Source of the DNA: Rhynchopus sp. YZ270_cl-10
Lineage: Eukaryota
Length of the DNA: 64,000 nucleotides
Assembly (NCBI GenBank): GCA_964035575.1
Contig: OZ037841.1
Coordinates: 1,178,001 to 1,242,000 of the forward strand
Reading direction: 5' to 3'
The stretch's first letter is position 1; every line of letters starts with the position of its first letter. Both the position numbers and the translations under genes were made by a program. The notes beneath the pieces were generated by a model, which saw only the letters and a program-made list of their open reading frames with translations, had not been told where the DNA came from and made no database searches. Positions 12,031 to 26,471 of this stretch are shown here, piece after piece.

Positions 12031-13717
12031 TTGGGACAAAATACAAAATGACGTCCCCATTTGGTATCCACACAAAACGATTCTTTCCTATGCTCCGTTT
12101 CTTTATGAGATGTATGCACGCAAGGCATAGTCATCTGTCAGCTTTTCTCTTTTATTAGGTTATTTTCCTTCAAATAAGCAAGGTAATATACACCACACAC
12201 ACTTCACCCACCAGCCCGGGAGGAAGGTGTGTGGGGGTATGCGTTGCTAGGTAAAACATTGTTACGAAAAACTGCGTGGAGTTCACACGAGAAAAAAAAG
12301 CGAAGTGTCTGCACGTCCTCAATTTTTTCAAAAAGAAAAAAACATAAGATAATACAAGACGACCCCTCCCGCGGTGACTCCAAAAACTGACATTGTCAGG
12401 GCTTATGTTCATCTTACCCCTTTTCCCCCCCTTTTCCTCACGAAGTGGGTTGTCTGTATTTCCTCCCATTGGCTGGAGGGTGGCCGGCTGACTGAGCGGT
12501 TGTGTACCGCCCCCGTTCACACTGCGGCGGTCATTAGGTTTCCTTTTGAAATCTTTTGTTGGATTACTGTGCTTTCATGTGGATGGCTCTCGTATAGTGG
12601 GTCAGTCGGAGATGTCTGCATCAATCAATTACCCCCCTTTTTTTTTGGAAAGATGCAACGGTCCTTGGAGCGTTGTGTTCGAAAGCCGAATAGTGTCCCA
12701 TACAAAAAAAAAAAATCTGAGCTTCGATCGCACTGTCGTAAGAGAGACTATATGCATCTTTCAGGGTGCCCCCCCCCCCCCCCCCCCCCCCTCCCCTTTT
12801 CCTTCGAGACCTAATGACCAGCCCTCAACCTCGCCTTCTTTTATTTCAAGGTGACAAAAAAATCATGAGAGGCTTTTGAGTATTTTCAATCTTTCCAAAC
12901 ACGAAAACCTGACGTTCTTTTTTTTTGAAAGGTGCATCCTTTAATGCTTTGCTGTTCTGCTTAAAAGAAGTATAATATTATGAATTTGCTTTTGGAGGAG
13001 TGGTCAATTCTCCTTTTGAATCGCGGCAACCAGTAAACGGTACCCCTTTTCTCCTTTTTGTCGAGGGATGTTCAGTCATGGTTAAGTGTCTTTCGTCTAT
13101 TCTTGGGTATTTTTTTTGAGCAGGCAACCAAATTGATGGTGTTTTTTAACAGCAGGTACACAAAATAGCCCTCTCCCTTTCCCCCCAAAAGAATTATTGT
13201 TTTTTTGCTGGCAGCAGTGAAAAAAAAAAGATGTAGCCAAAGGCTTGCGTGCTTTTGGTTGCCCACCATAAACCCCCCCGCCCCTCGAGCAATATCCCAA
13301 ACAAAGTTATCAAAAGAAAAGAACAGAAATAAAACATCGGTATTACTTTTTTATGCAATCATCCCCTCTCTTTCCCCCTGCAGTGTGGTTTGAGGTGCAC
13401 GATAAATTTTTAATTTGTCAGCCGTATTGTGTTTCGACAGTTCGTAAGACTTGCAATTTACTGCATTATTTCAGATGTAAACCACGAAATGGTGTCCACC
13501 CCGGTACAGCCGGTCATGTATCAAAAGGTACACTGGCACGAGAGGACTTTGTATTTCAACTGCTTTCATTTTATTATTCGCCCTCTCCTTTGGGCAGCAT
13601 ACCACACCCCCACACACTAAACACATTCCACCACACAGCATAACTTCGAGGAGCCCCTCTCCACCCCCTCCTCTCCAAAATGCGTTGAAAGGCCATTAGG
13701 GACGGATTTTCTATTAG

Positions 13718-16700
13718 ATGCGGTTGGTGTTTGCTGTTCTTTGCATCGTACATATACGCCATGCATCTGGCGCGGGGACGACCTGCGGCGACGTGACCTG
13801 CGGCGCCGCGCAGGTTCGCACCCAACCTGTTACCTTCGACTGTGGGGGTACGTGCTCTTCTGAGCAGTGTTGCGACAACGCTTGCTCGCTGTACACATGC
13901 GGTACGCAGGGGTATGCGTTAGACCCAGCACTTTCCGGCTATCTCTGTGGACAGATCTGCTCCGACGATGACTGCTGTGCACCCACCTGCGCGACGTATG
14001 CAGCATGCAGCCAACCCATCACACCTGCCGAATCCATTGTCTGCAGCGGTGCCTGCGACGATGCACAATGCTGCCTCCCCCTCTGCGGCACGCACACCTG
14101 CCAAACAACAGACTGGGTACGCCCGGACTCAGCAACGTCGACTGTCTGTGGTGCCGCTTTGTGTACAGACCTCGAATGTTGTGTACCTACCTGTGCTGTG
14201 TACACCTGTGGTGCAGGGATGGTCGACCTGTCGGTGGCCCAGGCTGGCATACAATGCGCTTCTTCCACGGGATGTGAGGCAAGTGAATGTTGTTCCGGGG
14301 TGTGTTCTACCTTTGTCTGTGCGGCGCCCGATTATACCACAGACGTGGCGAAGGTGGGTGTCGACTGTGGGTCGTCGCTGTGCAGTGATGCAGACTGCTG
14401 CATCGCATGGTGTCCGACATACAACTGTGAGTTGGATGAGGCGGAGATGCTTCCGAATTCAGACACCATCGCTTGCGCGTCGGGATCATGTACACGAGCT
14501 GAGTGCTGTGACAACCGTTGCATCGATTTCTCGTGTACAGCAAACTATCTCCTAGATGCAACGAAGTACCAGAACCATTGTGGTGGGCCCTGTTCAGACG
14601 CATTGTGCTGCATTCCCATCTGTGGTGAGTTTGAGTGCCCCAATGACTATATATCGAACGACAACCCGCAGTTCAAGTGCGCGACCGATCCCTGCGAAAC
14701 GGATGAGTGCTGCGACAAGCTCTGCAGCGGCTACGACTGTACCCTGACAACAGGCTACGGAGCAAAGGAAGGTGTCCATCCCGCCGAGATTGTGTGTTCA
14801 GGTGACTGCGACGTGGGGACCTGCTGCGACGTGACCTGCTCGCACAGTGCAATATCCTGTACCTCCCCAATGGCGTTGATCACTGCTGCGAGTACAACCA
14901 TTTGCGGTACTTCCTTTGACGAATGCCAAACAAGCGAGTGCTGTGCAGACACGTGCACAAATGTGCTCTGTACAGAGTCGCGGGTTAACATTGCGGCCCA
15001 TGACTCCGTCAGATGTAGCATATTGGTAGGTTGCACTGAGTCCGAGTGCTGTCAGGAAACCTGTGCCAACACGCTTGTTGTGTGTGCATTTGGGAGGATT
15101 AAAAAGACTCCAACAGTTGAATGCGGTGGGGACCTCACAACCTGCACGACGGACGTGTGTTGTGACTACACGTGTGAACTTCATGAGGACTTCTGCCCGC
15201 AGGACACCACGATCTCCAGCAGCGCAGCATCCCTCACCTGCGGCTCGTCACTGACGCTGTGCACAGATGCACTGTGTTGCGTGCCGTTATGCTCTTCGCA
15301 CACATGTCCCACGGGTTACATCAGCAACGACATGGCATCCTCATCACTCTGCGACAGTGGCACCTGCACGAACGACCAGTGCTGCGATGTTCTTTGCGAG
15401 AACGTGCTGTTCACCTGCACAGAAGGAGACAAGATCTCTGGCACCATCACCTGCGGTTCTGACGTAACGCAATGCACTAACGATCTCTGCTGTGAGACGA
15501 GTTGCTCGACTTTCACTTGTGGAAGTGGGTTTGCAGACATAGCACTGAAGTCCACGCTGACATGCTCACTTCCAATGGGATGCACAACAGACATCTGCTG
15601 TGTTCCCACCTGCAGTAACGACGGTGCGCTGCCGTGCTCAAGTACAATGGTTCTGAAAACAACTGCAGCAACGCTGGAGTGCGGGGGTGATGTGAGCACG
15701 TGCACAAATGATGTGTGCTGCGACTTCTCATGTGGTGCCACTGAATGTCCACCCGATCATGACCATCTTACAGCAACACGTTGTGGTGCTTCGATATCAG
15801 ATTGCACAGAAGAGCTCTGTTGTCAGGCGACATGCGCAACTTTCTTTTTTCCCGTTGATTTGTGTGTCACGACATTCACACAGAACCCAGCTGCAGCCAC
15901 CACCCACTGTTCGACTACTCTGGCAAGCTCATGCACAACAGATGATTGTTGCCTTCCCCTCTGCTCTTCGCACACATGTCCCACGGGTTACATCAGCAAC
16001 GACATGGCATCCTCCTCACTCTGCGACAGTGGCACCTGCACGAACGACCAGTGCTGCGATGTTCTTTGCGAGAACGTGCTGTTCACCTGCACAGAAGGAG
16101 ACAAGATCTCTGGCACCATCACCTGCGGTTCTGACGTAACGCAATGCACTAACGATCTCTGCTGTGAGACGAGTTGCTCAACTTTCACTTGTGGAAGTGG
16201 GTTTGCAGACATAGCACTGAAGTCCACGCTGACATGCTCACTTCCAACGGGATGCACAACAGACATCTGCTGTGTTCCCACCTGCAGTAACGACGGTGCG
16301 CTGCCGTGCTCAAGTACAATGGTTCTGAAAACAACTGCAGCAACGCTGGAGTGCGGGGGTGATGTGAGCACGTGCACAAATGATGTGTGCTGCGACTTCT
16401 CATGTAATGTGTATGAAGGATGTCCGCGCTCGTTCGACCGTGTCACAACGACACGTTGTGGTGCTTCGATGTCAGATTGCACAGATGAGCTCTGTTGTCA
16501 GGCGACGTGTGCTGCTGCATCGGATCTGTGCGTCACGACATTCACACAGAACCCAGCTGCAGCCACCACCCACTGTTCGACTACTCTCGTAAACTCATGC
16601 ACGACAGATGATTGTTGCCTTCCCCTCTGCTCAGGGTACTCATGTCTCACCGGTCTGACGTTGAAGTCCAGTCCTGAATCAATCAGTTGCGACAGTGGCA

Positions 16701-19700
16701 CCTGCACCAACGACCAGTGCTGCGATGTTCTTTGCGAGAACGTGCTGTTCACCTGCACAGAAGGAGACAAGATCTCTGGCACCATCACCTGCGGTTCTGA
16801 CGTAACGCAATGCACTAACGATCTCTGCTGTGAGACGAGTTGCTCAACTTTCACTTGTGGAAGTGGGTTTGCAGACATAGCACTGAAGTCCACGCTGACA
16901 TGCTCACTTCCAATGGGATGCACAACAGACATCTGCTGTGTTCCCACCTGCAGTAACGACGGTGCGCTGCCGTGCTCAAGTACAATGGTTCTGAAAACAA
17001 CTGCAGCAACACTGGAGTGCGGGGGTGATGTGAGCACGTGCACAAATGATGTGTGCTGCGACTTCTCATGTGGTGCGACAGAATGTGCACCCGGGTTTGA
17101 CCATCTTACAGCAACACGTTGTGGTGCTTCGATATCAGATTGCACAGAAGAGCTCTGTTGTCAGGCGACGTGTGCTGCTGCATCGGATCTGTGTGTCACG
17201 ACGTTCACACAGAACCCAGCTGCAGCCACCACCCACTGTTCGACTACTCTCGTAACCTCATGCACGACAGATGATTGTTGTCTTCCCCTCTGCTCTGGGT
17301 ACTCATGTCTCACCGGTTTGACATTGAAGTCCAGTCCTGAATCAATCAGCTGCGACAGTGGTACTTGCACGAACGACCAGTGCTGCGATGTTCTTTGCGA
17401 CAATGCTGGAGTGACGTGCACGAAGACCTCTGCTGTGAAGGTGTCGAACAGTGCCACGCTGACGTGCGGTTCACTTGCGAGTGATTGCAGCGAAGATGTT
17501 TGCTGCGAGGACACTTGCAGCGGCACCACATGTGGGACAGGGTACGTTGAACTTGCCACGAAGTCAAGCGTTTCATGTGCACTCCCAGATGGCTGTTCTG
17601 TGGACACGTGCTGTGAGGCTGTGTGTTCACACAGCTCAGTCATGTGTCCGACTGATCGTCTGCTGGTCACTTCTCCATCTTCTGTGAAATGTGGCGGTGA
17701 TGCGACGATGTGCACAGCAGACGTGTGTTGCGATTACACATGCACGGGATACAACTGTCCTGTTGGACACACTGCTCAAATGGCTCTTGCCGACATTCCC
17801 TGTGGACTTACTGCAGGCAGCTGCACAGATGCGATGTGTTGCGAGGTAAACTGCGCTCACAGCAGTGTTGTGTGTGGTGTGGACACTCTGAAGAATGTTG
17901 ACGCTTCATCGATCTTGTGCACGGGGGCTGTGTTGTCGGGATGCACTCAGGACTTATGTTGTCTTCCCCTCTGCTCAGGGTACTCATGTCTCACCGGTCT
18001 GACGTTGAAGTCCAGTCCTGAATCAATCAGTTGCGACAGTGGTACTTGCACCAACGACCAGTGCTGCGATGTTCTTTGCGAGAACGTGCTGTTCACCTGC
18101 ACAGAAGGAGACAAGATCTCTGGCACCATCACCTGCGGTTCTGACGTAACGCAATGCACTAACGATCTCTGCTGTGAGACGAGTTGCTCGACTTTCACTT
18201 GTGGAAGTGGGTTTGCAGACATAGCACTGAAGTCCACGCTGACATGCTCACTTCCAATGGGATGCACAACAGACATCTGCTGTGTTCCCACCTGCAGTAA
18301 CGACGGTGCGCTGCCGTGCTCAAGTACAATGGTTCTGAAAACAACTGCAGCAACGCTGGAGTGCGGGGGTGATGTGAGCACGTGCACAAATGATGTGTGC
18401 TGCGACTTCTCATGTGGTGTGTATGACGGATGCGCTGCTTCATTTGACCAGGTAACGCCAGTGCCACGCTGTGGTGCTTCGATATCAGATTGCACAGAAG
18501 AGCTCTGTTGTCAGGCGACGTGTGCTGCTGCATCGGATCTGTGTGTCACGACGTTCACACAGAACCCAGCTGCAGCCACCACCCACTGTTCGACTACTCT
18601 CGTAAACTCATGCACGACAGATGATTGTTGCCTTCCCCTCTGCTCAGGGTACTCATGTCTCACCGGTCTGACGTTGAAGTCCAGTCCTGAATCAATCAGT
18701 TGCGACAGTGGCACCTGCACCAACGACCAGTGCTGCGATGTTCTTTGCGAGAACGTGCTGTTCACCTGCACAGAAGGAGACAAGATCTCTGGCACCATCA
18801 CCTGCGGTTCTGACGTAACGCAATGCACTAACGATCTCTGCTGTGAGACGAGTTGCTCGACTTTCACTTGTGGAAGTGGGTTTGCAGACATAGCACTGAA
18901 GTCCACGCTGACATGCTCACTTCCAATGGGATGCACAACAGACATCTGCTGTGTTCCCACCTGCAGTAACGACGGTGCGCTGCCGTGCTCAAGTACAATG
19001 GTTCTGAAAACAACTGCAGCAACGCTGGAGTGCGGGGGTGATGTGAGCACGTGCACAAATGATGTGTGCTGCGACTTCTCATGTGGTGTGTATGACGGAT
19101 GCGCTGCTTCGTTTGACCAGGTAACGCCAGTGCCACGTTGTGGTGCTTCGATATCAGATTGCACAGAAGAGCTCTGTTGTCAGGCGACGTGTGCTGCTGC
19201 ATCGGATCTGTGTGTCACGACATTCACACAGAACCCAGCTGCAGCCACCACCCACTGTTCGACTACTCTCATAACCTCATGCACGACAGATGATTGTTGT
19301 CTTCCCCTCTGCTCTGGGTACTCATGTCTCACCGGTCTGACGTTGAAGTCCAGTCCTGAATCAATCAGCTGCGACAGTGGTACTTGCACGAACGACCAGT
19401 GCTGCGATGTTCTTTGCGACAATGCTGGAGTGACGTGCACGAAGACCTCTGCTGTGAAGGTGTCGAACAGTGCCACGCTGACGTGCGGTTCACTTGCGAG
19501 TGATTGCAGCGAAGATGTTTGCTGCGAGGACACTTGCAGCGGCACCATATGTGGGACAGGGTACGTTGAACTTGCCACGAAGTCAAGCGTTTCATGTGCA
19601 CTCCCAGATGGCTGTTCTGTGGACACGTGCTGTGAGGCTGTGTGTTCACACAGCTCAGTCATATGTCCGACTGATCGTCTGCTGGTCACTTCTCCATCTT

Positions 19701-22700
19701 CTGTGAAATGTGGCGGTGATGCGACGATGTGCACAGCAGACGTGTGTTGCGATTACACATGCACGGGATACAACTGTCCTGTTGGACACACTGCTCAAAT
19801 GGCTCTTGCCGACATTCCCTGTGGACTTACTGCAGGCAGCTGCACAGATGCGATGTGTTGCGAGTTGAACTGCGCTCACAGCAGTGTTGTGTGTGGTGTG
19901 GACACTCTGAAGAATGTTGACGCTTCATCGATCCTGTGCACGGGGGCTGTGTTGTCGGGATGCACTCAGGACTTATGTTGCCTTCCCCTCTGCTCTGGGT
20001 ACTCATGTCTCACCGGTCTGACATTGAAGTCCAGTCCTGAATCAATTAGTTGCGACAGTGGCACCTGCACGAACGACCAGTGCTGCGATGTTCTTTGCGA
20101 CAATGCTGGAGTGACGTGCACGAAGACGTCTGCTGTGAAGGTGTCGAACAGTGCCACGCTGACGTGCGGTTCACTTGCGAGTGATTGCAGCGAAGATGTT
20201 TGCTGCGAGGACACTTGCAGCGGCACCACATGCGGGACAGGGTACGTTGAACTTGCCACGAAGTCGAGCGTTTCATGTGCACTCCCAGATGGCTGTTCTG
20301 TGGACACGTGCTGCGAGGCTGTGTGTTCACACAGCTCAGTCACGTGTACCGCAGGTTCCGTACTCGTTGATGCACCCGAAGACACGAAGTGTGGAGGTGG
20401 AGCAAGTGCGTGTTCTGCGGCGGCCTGCTGCGAGACGACGTGCAGTCTGTTTGATTGCGACTCCACCTACACAAAAGTAGACAACCCTGAGACCATTAGT
20501 TGTGGGATTACGCTTGCTTCTTGCACAGTGGAACTGTGTTGCCATGCAACTTGTTCTGCTGCATCGGATTTGTGTGTCACGACATTCACACAGAACCCAG
20601 CTGCCTCTGCGAAGAGTTGTCCTTCGAAACTAGCCACCTCATGCACGACAGATGATTGTTGCCTTCCCCTCTGCTCTGGGTACTCATGTCTCACCGGTCT
20701 GACATTGAAGTCCAGTCCTGAATCAATCAGCTGCGACAGTGGTACTTGCACGAACGACCAGTGCTGCGATGTTCTTTGCGACAATGCTGGAGTGACGTGC
20801 ACGAAGACCTCTGCTGTGAAGGTGTCGAACAGTGCCACGCTGACGTGCGGTTCACTTGCGAGTGATTGCAGCGAAGATGTTTGCTGCGAGGACACTTGCA
20901 GCGGCACCACATGTGGGACAGGGTACGTTGAACTTGCCACGAAGTCAAGCGTTTCATGTGCACTCCCAGATGGCTGTTCTGTGGACACGTGCTGTGAGGC
21001 TGTGTGTTCACACAGCTCAGTCATGTGTCCGACTGATCGTCTGCTGGTCACTTCTCCATCTTCTGTGAAATGTGGCGGTGATGCGACGATGTGCACAGCA
21101 GACGTGTGTTGCGATTACACATGCACGGGATACAACTGTCCTGTCGGGCACACTGCTCAAATGGCTCTTGCCGACATTCCCTGTGGGCTTACTGCAGGCA
21201 GCTGCACAGATGCGATGTGTTGCGAGTTGAACTGCGCTCACAGCAGTGTTGTGTGTGGTGTGGACACTCTGAAGAATGTTGACGCTTCATCGATCTTGTG
21301 CACGGGGGCTGTGTTGTCGGGATGCACTCAGGACTTATGTTGCCTTCCCCTCTGCTCTGGGTACTCATGTCTCACCGGTCTGACATTGAAGTCCAGTCCT
21401 GAATCAATTAGTTGCGACAGTGGCACCTGCACGAACGACCAGTGCTGCGATGTTCTTTGCGACAATGCTGGAGTGACGTGCACGAAGACGTCTGCTGTGA
21501 AGGTGTCGAACAGTGCCACGCTGACGTGCGGTTCACTTGCGAGTGATTGCAGCGAAGATGTTTGCTGTGAAGACACTTGCAGCGGCACCACATGTGGGAC
21601 AGGGTACGTTGAACTTGCCACGAAGTCAAGCGTTTCATGTGCACTCCCAGATGGCTGTTCTGTGGACACGTGCTGCGAGGCTGTGTGTTCACACAGCTCA
21701 GTCACGTGTCCGACTGATCGTCTGCTGGTCACTTCTCCATCTTCTGTGAAATGTGGCGGTGATGCGACGATGTGCACAGCAGACGTGTGTTGCGATTACA
21801 CATGTGCAGGATACAGCTGTCCTGTTGGACACACTGCTCAAATGGCTCTTGCCGACATTCCGTGTGGGCTTACTGCAGGCAGCTGCACAGATGCGATGTG
21901 TTGCGAGTTGAACTGCGCTCACAGCAGTGTTGTGTGTGGTGTGGACACTCTGAAGAATGTTGACGCTTCATCGATCTTGTGCACGGGGGCTGTGTTGTCG
22001 GGATGCACTCAGGACCTATGTTGCCTTCCCCTCTGCTCTGGGTACTTCTGCACGAACGGATTCATTTCAAAGTCAAGACCCGAGGGCATCAGCTGTGACA
22101 GTGGCACCTGCACGAACGACCAGTGCTGCGATGTTCTTTGCGACAATGCTGGAGTGACGTGCACGAAGACGTCTGCTGTGAAGGTGTCGAACAGTGCCAC
22201 GCTGACGTGCGGTTCACGTGCGAGTGATTGCAGCGAAGATGTTTGCTGTGAAGACACTTGCAGCGGCACCACATGCGGGACAGGGTACGTTGAACTTGCC
22301 ACAAAACTCACAGTGAAGTGCGATCTTCTCTCAGGCTGTTCTGTGGACACGTGCTGTGAGGCTGTGTGTTCACACAGCTCAGTCATGTGTCCGACTGATC
22401 GTCTGCTGGTCACTTCTCCATCTTCTGTGAAATGTGGCGGTGATGCGACAAAGTGCACAGCAGACGTGTGTTGCGATTACACATGCACGGGATACAACTG
22501 TCCTGTCGGGCACACTGCTCAAATGGCTCTTGCCGACATTCCGTGTGGGCTTACTGCAGGCAGCTGCACAGATGCGATGTGTTGCGAGTTGAACTGCGCT
22601 CACAGCAGTGTTGTGTGTGGTGTGGACACTCTGAAGAATGTTGACGCTTCATCGATCTTGTGCACGGGGGCTGTGTTGTCGGGATGCACTCAAGACGTGT

Positions 22701-25700
22701 GTTGCCTTCCCCTCTGTTCTGGGCACTTCTGCACGAACGGATTCGTTTCGAAGTCAAGACCCGAGGACATCAGTTGCGACAGTGGTACTTGCACGAACGA
22801 CCAGTGTTGCGATGTTCTTTGCGACAATGCTGGAGTGACGTGCACGAAGACGTCTGCTGTGAAGGTGTCGAACAGTGCCACGCTGACGTGCGGTTCACTT
22901 GCGAGTGATTGCAGCGAAGATGTTTGCTGTGAAGACACTTGCAGCGGCACCACATGCGGGACAGGGTACGTTGAACTTGCCACAAAACTCACAGTGAAGT
23001 GCGATCTTCTCTCAGGCTGTTCTGTGGACACGTGCTGTGAGGCTGTGTGTTCACACAGCTCAGTCATGTGTCCGACTGATCGTCTGCTGGTCACTTCTCC
23101 ATCTTCTGTGAAATGTGGCGGTGATGCGACAAAGTGCACAGCAGACGTGTGTTGCGATTACACATGCACGGGATACACATGTCCCAATGGCTACACGGAG
23201 GAGAGCATGCCGGAGCCTACACACTGTGGTCTCGACGTTGACGACTGTTCGGTGGATCGTTGCTGCAGTGTGAACTGTGCACATGGTGGCGTGCTTTGTA
23301 GTAATGACTACGAGCGACGTGCCGATGCGGCGGACGTACTCTGTGGTAAGGTCTTGGCTGAATGCAGTCACGACACATGCTGCGTGCAGCAGTGCTCCGG
23401 ACACACATGCAGCAATGGATTTATACCGAAACAAGCTTCCTCCCCGATTGTGTGCAGCACTGCCACCTGCGACGATGCGACGTGTTGCGACAGGGCGTGC
23501 ACATTGTTTAGTTGCGAAGGTGATGACGGATTTGTGGACAAAACCGACAAGAACATGATCACGTGCACCGACGCGTGCACAAGCACTGAATGCTGCAGTA
23601 TCACCTGCGGACACAGCAGTGTGACCTGCAGCAATGGAAAGAACACCACAGACGTAACGACCCCCTGCGGGGACAGTGCCAGCTGCACTGCCAGCTGCTG
23701 CTTCGCTGCAAGCAGTGCACCACCCACGTCGCCGCCCACCACCGCACCGGAACCCTTCATTGTCTCGGTCACCGTCATGTCGACACTCAACTCCGAAACC
23801 ATTGCAACTGAGAGCGGGGCAGTGGTGCTCCTCAAGGAGCATGGCCTTGCTGACAAGCTGCTCGGGGGAATGAAGGTACAGGTCACCTGGGAGGGTGGCA
23901 GTGTGCTGAACAACCTGCAGGGAAGCGTTATGTGCGATGGGGTGCCTTGCCTTGTGCTGGTATGTCATTTGCCACAATGAAGGGGATATAAAGAATGCCA
24001 TGAACACAGCTGTGCCTCTACGCGCCTGGTTCCCCTCTTAATTACGAAATGCACCACGGTTATTTTCTTTTGGAAAAACTTTGCGCCTTCGGAAAAAAGG
24101 TTGTGAGGGACAATCGCGGAAAAAGGTTTATTATCATTGTAGTGAAAGGCAAACACCACGCACCACGCACATCCCACACAGCACACATCGCGTACACCAG
24201 CAGAGAGTGAGAACGGTGTTGCCGCGTCGGCTCTGCGCAATTCGGACTTCGTTTATGCAGAGGTACGTCCCTATCCATCTTCACACAATCAACAGTCATA
24301 CCTCAACATATTCCCCACTTTCCCTTCAAGAAATTATCACTCAAGACTACCCTTTCTTTTGACGAAGCAGCACAGGGATTGCACATCTTACCTATTTTTA
24401 TTGACCACCTTCCTGACACACCACCCCATCTCCACAGGGCACCAAGGACGGTGTCACTGTACGTCTCCACGACTCAGAGTACCGCTCTTACCCCGCATTT
24501 CGCGAGACGCTATCGTTTCAGCTGCGGACAGAATCGTTTGGGCAGACGGGTAGCACGCAGGGTGCACCAGTTGTGCCTTGCACTACTGATGTGGACACAA
24601 CGCAGATGGCGACCGAGGTCGACGCAGAGAAAGGCACGACGGCTGCAATCGACTGCATCTGCGGGGTCTGCAGCGCTGCTCTCCGCGTCGGGGCACAGCC
24701 TCTAGCCCTACCTAAGTCGGAGGCTCAAGAGACACAAGAGACTGCTGCCACCACTACGCTTCTTGGCTCTTCATTCGTACTTCCCGGTATAGGAACCAGT
24801 ACTGGCCTCTCTCTTGCAAAGTTAAGCATAATAAGCAGACTCTGTCCTGAAGACGGCCGTACGCAGCTTGATTCCACCATCAACCCGCTCGGATTGGAGC
24901 TAGGGGATGACCCAGACATGGTAGAGGTGAACGGCGCGTTGGTAGGATCGATCGCGATTCAGGGTGCGCTGTTGTTGGTGTCGTTGGGTATTTCTTATCA
25001 TATGTACCGTCGTCTGCACGGCAAGCGACTGATGCAGCGAAACTGCGACACCGTGGTGGACAGCGAAAAGGCGACGTCGCGGCTCATCCACCAGGGGCTG
25101 CGGGGGACCGACATTGTGTACCTCATGGCGAGGGGGCGGTTTGGGTGGGTGCTGATCCCTGCTACCTTTCTTTTTGGCGGTGCTGCGTTCACTTCTGCCT
25201 CTGCGATACTGTACAGCTCACCACTCTACAAGGTGATAGGTATTATGGACATCATAATCTTCCAGGCAGGCATCGTCTCTTACGCCACATACGTCGCAAA
25301 GCAAACCAAACACCACAGCGAGATCTCAGACATCGACGGAGACCGTCCAGCACACCACCGCTTCATATGGGGGAAACGCGAATGGGGGGTCAACGACGGA
25401 CACGGCCACGGCGCTTGGGTAGAGCTGAACCACCTTCTCTATGACGGCTATACGCATGCCTCCCGCTATTTTCTTACCTACGAACTTCTTGTCACCTTCG
25501 CAATCGGTTGGGTCGGAGCATGGTCTCCAGGAGGTTTGACTGCCTGTTGGGTCAAATCCAGCATTCTTTTATTCCTGCTTACCGCATTCTGCCTGACACT
25601 ACTTCTCCGCAGACCGTATCTCGCACCTTACGAGAACGTCGCAGAATCTGCGATCGCTGGCGGGGAGGTCGTAGTGTCCGCCCTGACCATGGGAGCAATG

Positions 25701-26471
25701 GGTACGTCACAACCGAATGAGCATTGGGCCGCACAGTATGCGGCCTACCTTTCCCTCGGAGTGACCTGGTTGGTGACAGCGAAGGCGCTGATGGATATGA
25801 CAGTCTTCGTTATTGACGAATACGGTCTATGGAAGGAGATTCAAGACGGAGAGGAGAAGGGGTCAAAGATGTCGTTTCTCGCGCATCTCCTTTGCTGCGG
25901 GAACAACATCCCTGATGACCGCATGGATGACTACGTCATGAATGAACTACCACCAGAAGAGCAGCAATCCGACGCACCCTTGGTAACCCCACCTTCTCCA
26001 GGGGGTTTGCATGCGTCCGCTTCACCGTCTCCGATCTCCTCTCAGGGTAATGACATCGAGTTATTGTCACCTACATCACAATTTCGTCGAAACAGTGATG
26101 GAGAAGTGTTCCCTGGGATTGCCGATGCTGCATTATGGGGCTCGCAGTCGCAATCACAGTTTTTGGTGAACAACGCAGTACCAATGCCTCCCATGAGAGG
26201 CGCCGAGAGTCCGGTGGGTTTAGGAACTAGTATTAGTGCTCTAGGGGCTAGTACCAGTGGGATTGCTGTGGCCACGCGACGTCCGTATGGTCGTGGAGGG
26301 AATGTTGCGCCACTGCTGCGCAGGCCGTCTTCAGTGTATTCACAGAGTAGTGCCGCCTCGTTGTCGCCACGTGGTTGGTCAAGAAGAGGGAGTCTTGCGT
26401 CTACGGCGCCTCCCATAAGGCGAAACGCATCTGCCGCAGGGTCAGATCCAAATGAATCTGTGGAGGTGTAG
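13718..26471 (+). CDS. Giant cell-surface protein (~4,118 aa): signal peptide, roughly 90 six-Cys modules, short PT linker, ~7-TM domain, disordered tail; join(13718..23959,24182..24262,24438..26471)
   Basis: Hydrophobic N-terminus MRLVFAVLCIVHIRHASG and repeated C-xn-C-xn-C-xn-C-x4-CC modules. Two phase-0 GT-AG introns join ORF 13718-23980 in frame, without stops, to ORF 24573-26471 through an 81-nt exon (HTSRTPAESENGVAASALRNSDFVYAE). Confidence 0.85.
15281..23390 (+). repeat. Intragenic higher-order tandem repeat: 12 blocks of ~663-681 bp, each of six Cys modules, in two types
   Basis: Each block starts (L/V)PLCS..CDSGTCTNDQCC. Type A continues DVLCENVLFTC and type B continues DVLCDNAGVTC. 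Order A A A B A A B B' B B B B, near-identical at DNA level within a type. Confidence 0.93.
23960..24181 (+). other. Predicted spliceosomal intron 1 (222 bp)
   Basis: CTG|GTATGT ... cacatcccacacAG|CAC; removal restores the frame; the interior is more AT-rich than the flanking exons. Confidence 0.8.
24263..24437 (+). other. Predicted spliceosomal intron 2 (175 bp)
   Basis: GAG|GTACGT ... ccccatctccacAG|GGC; exon 3 then reads 45 stop-free codons into ORF 24573. Confidence 0.8.
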
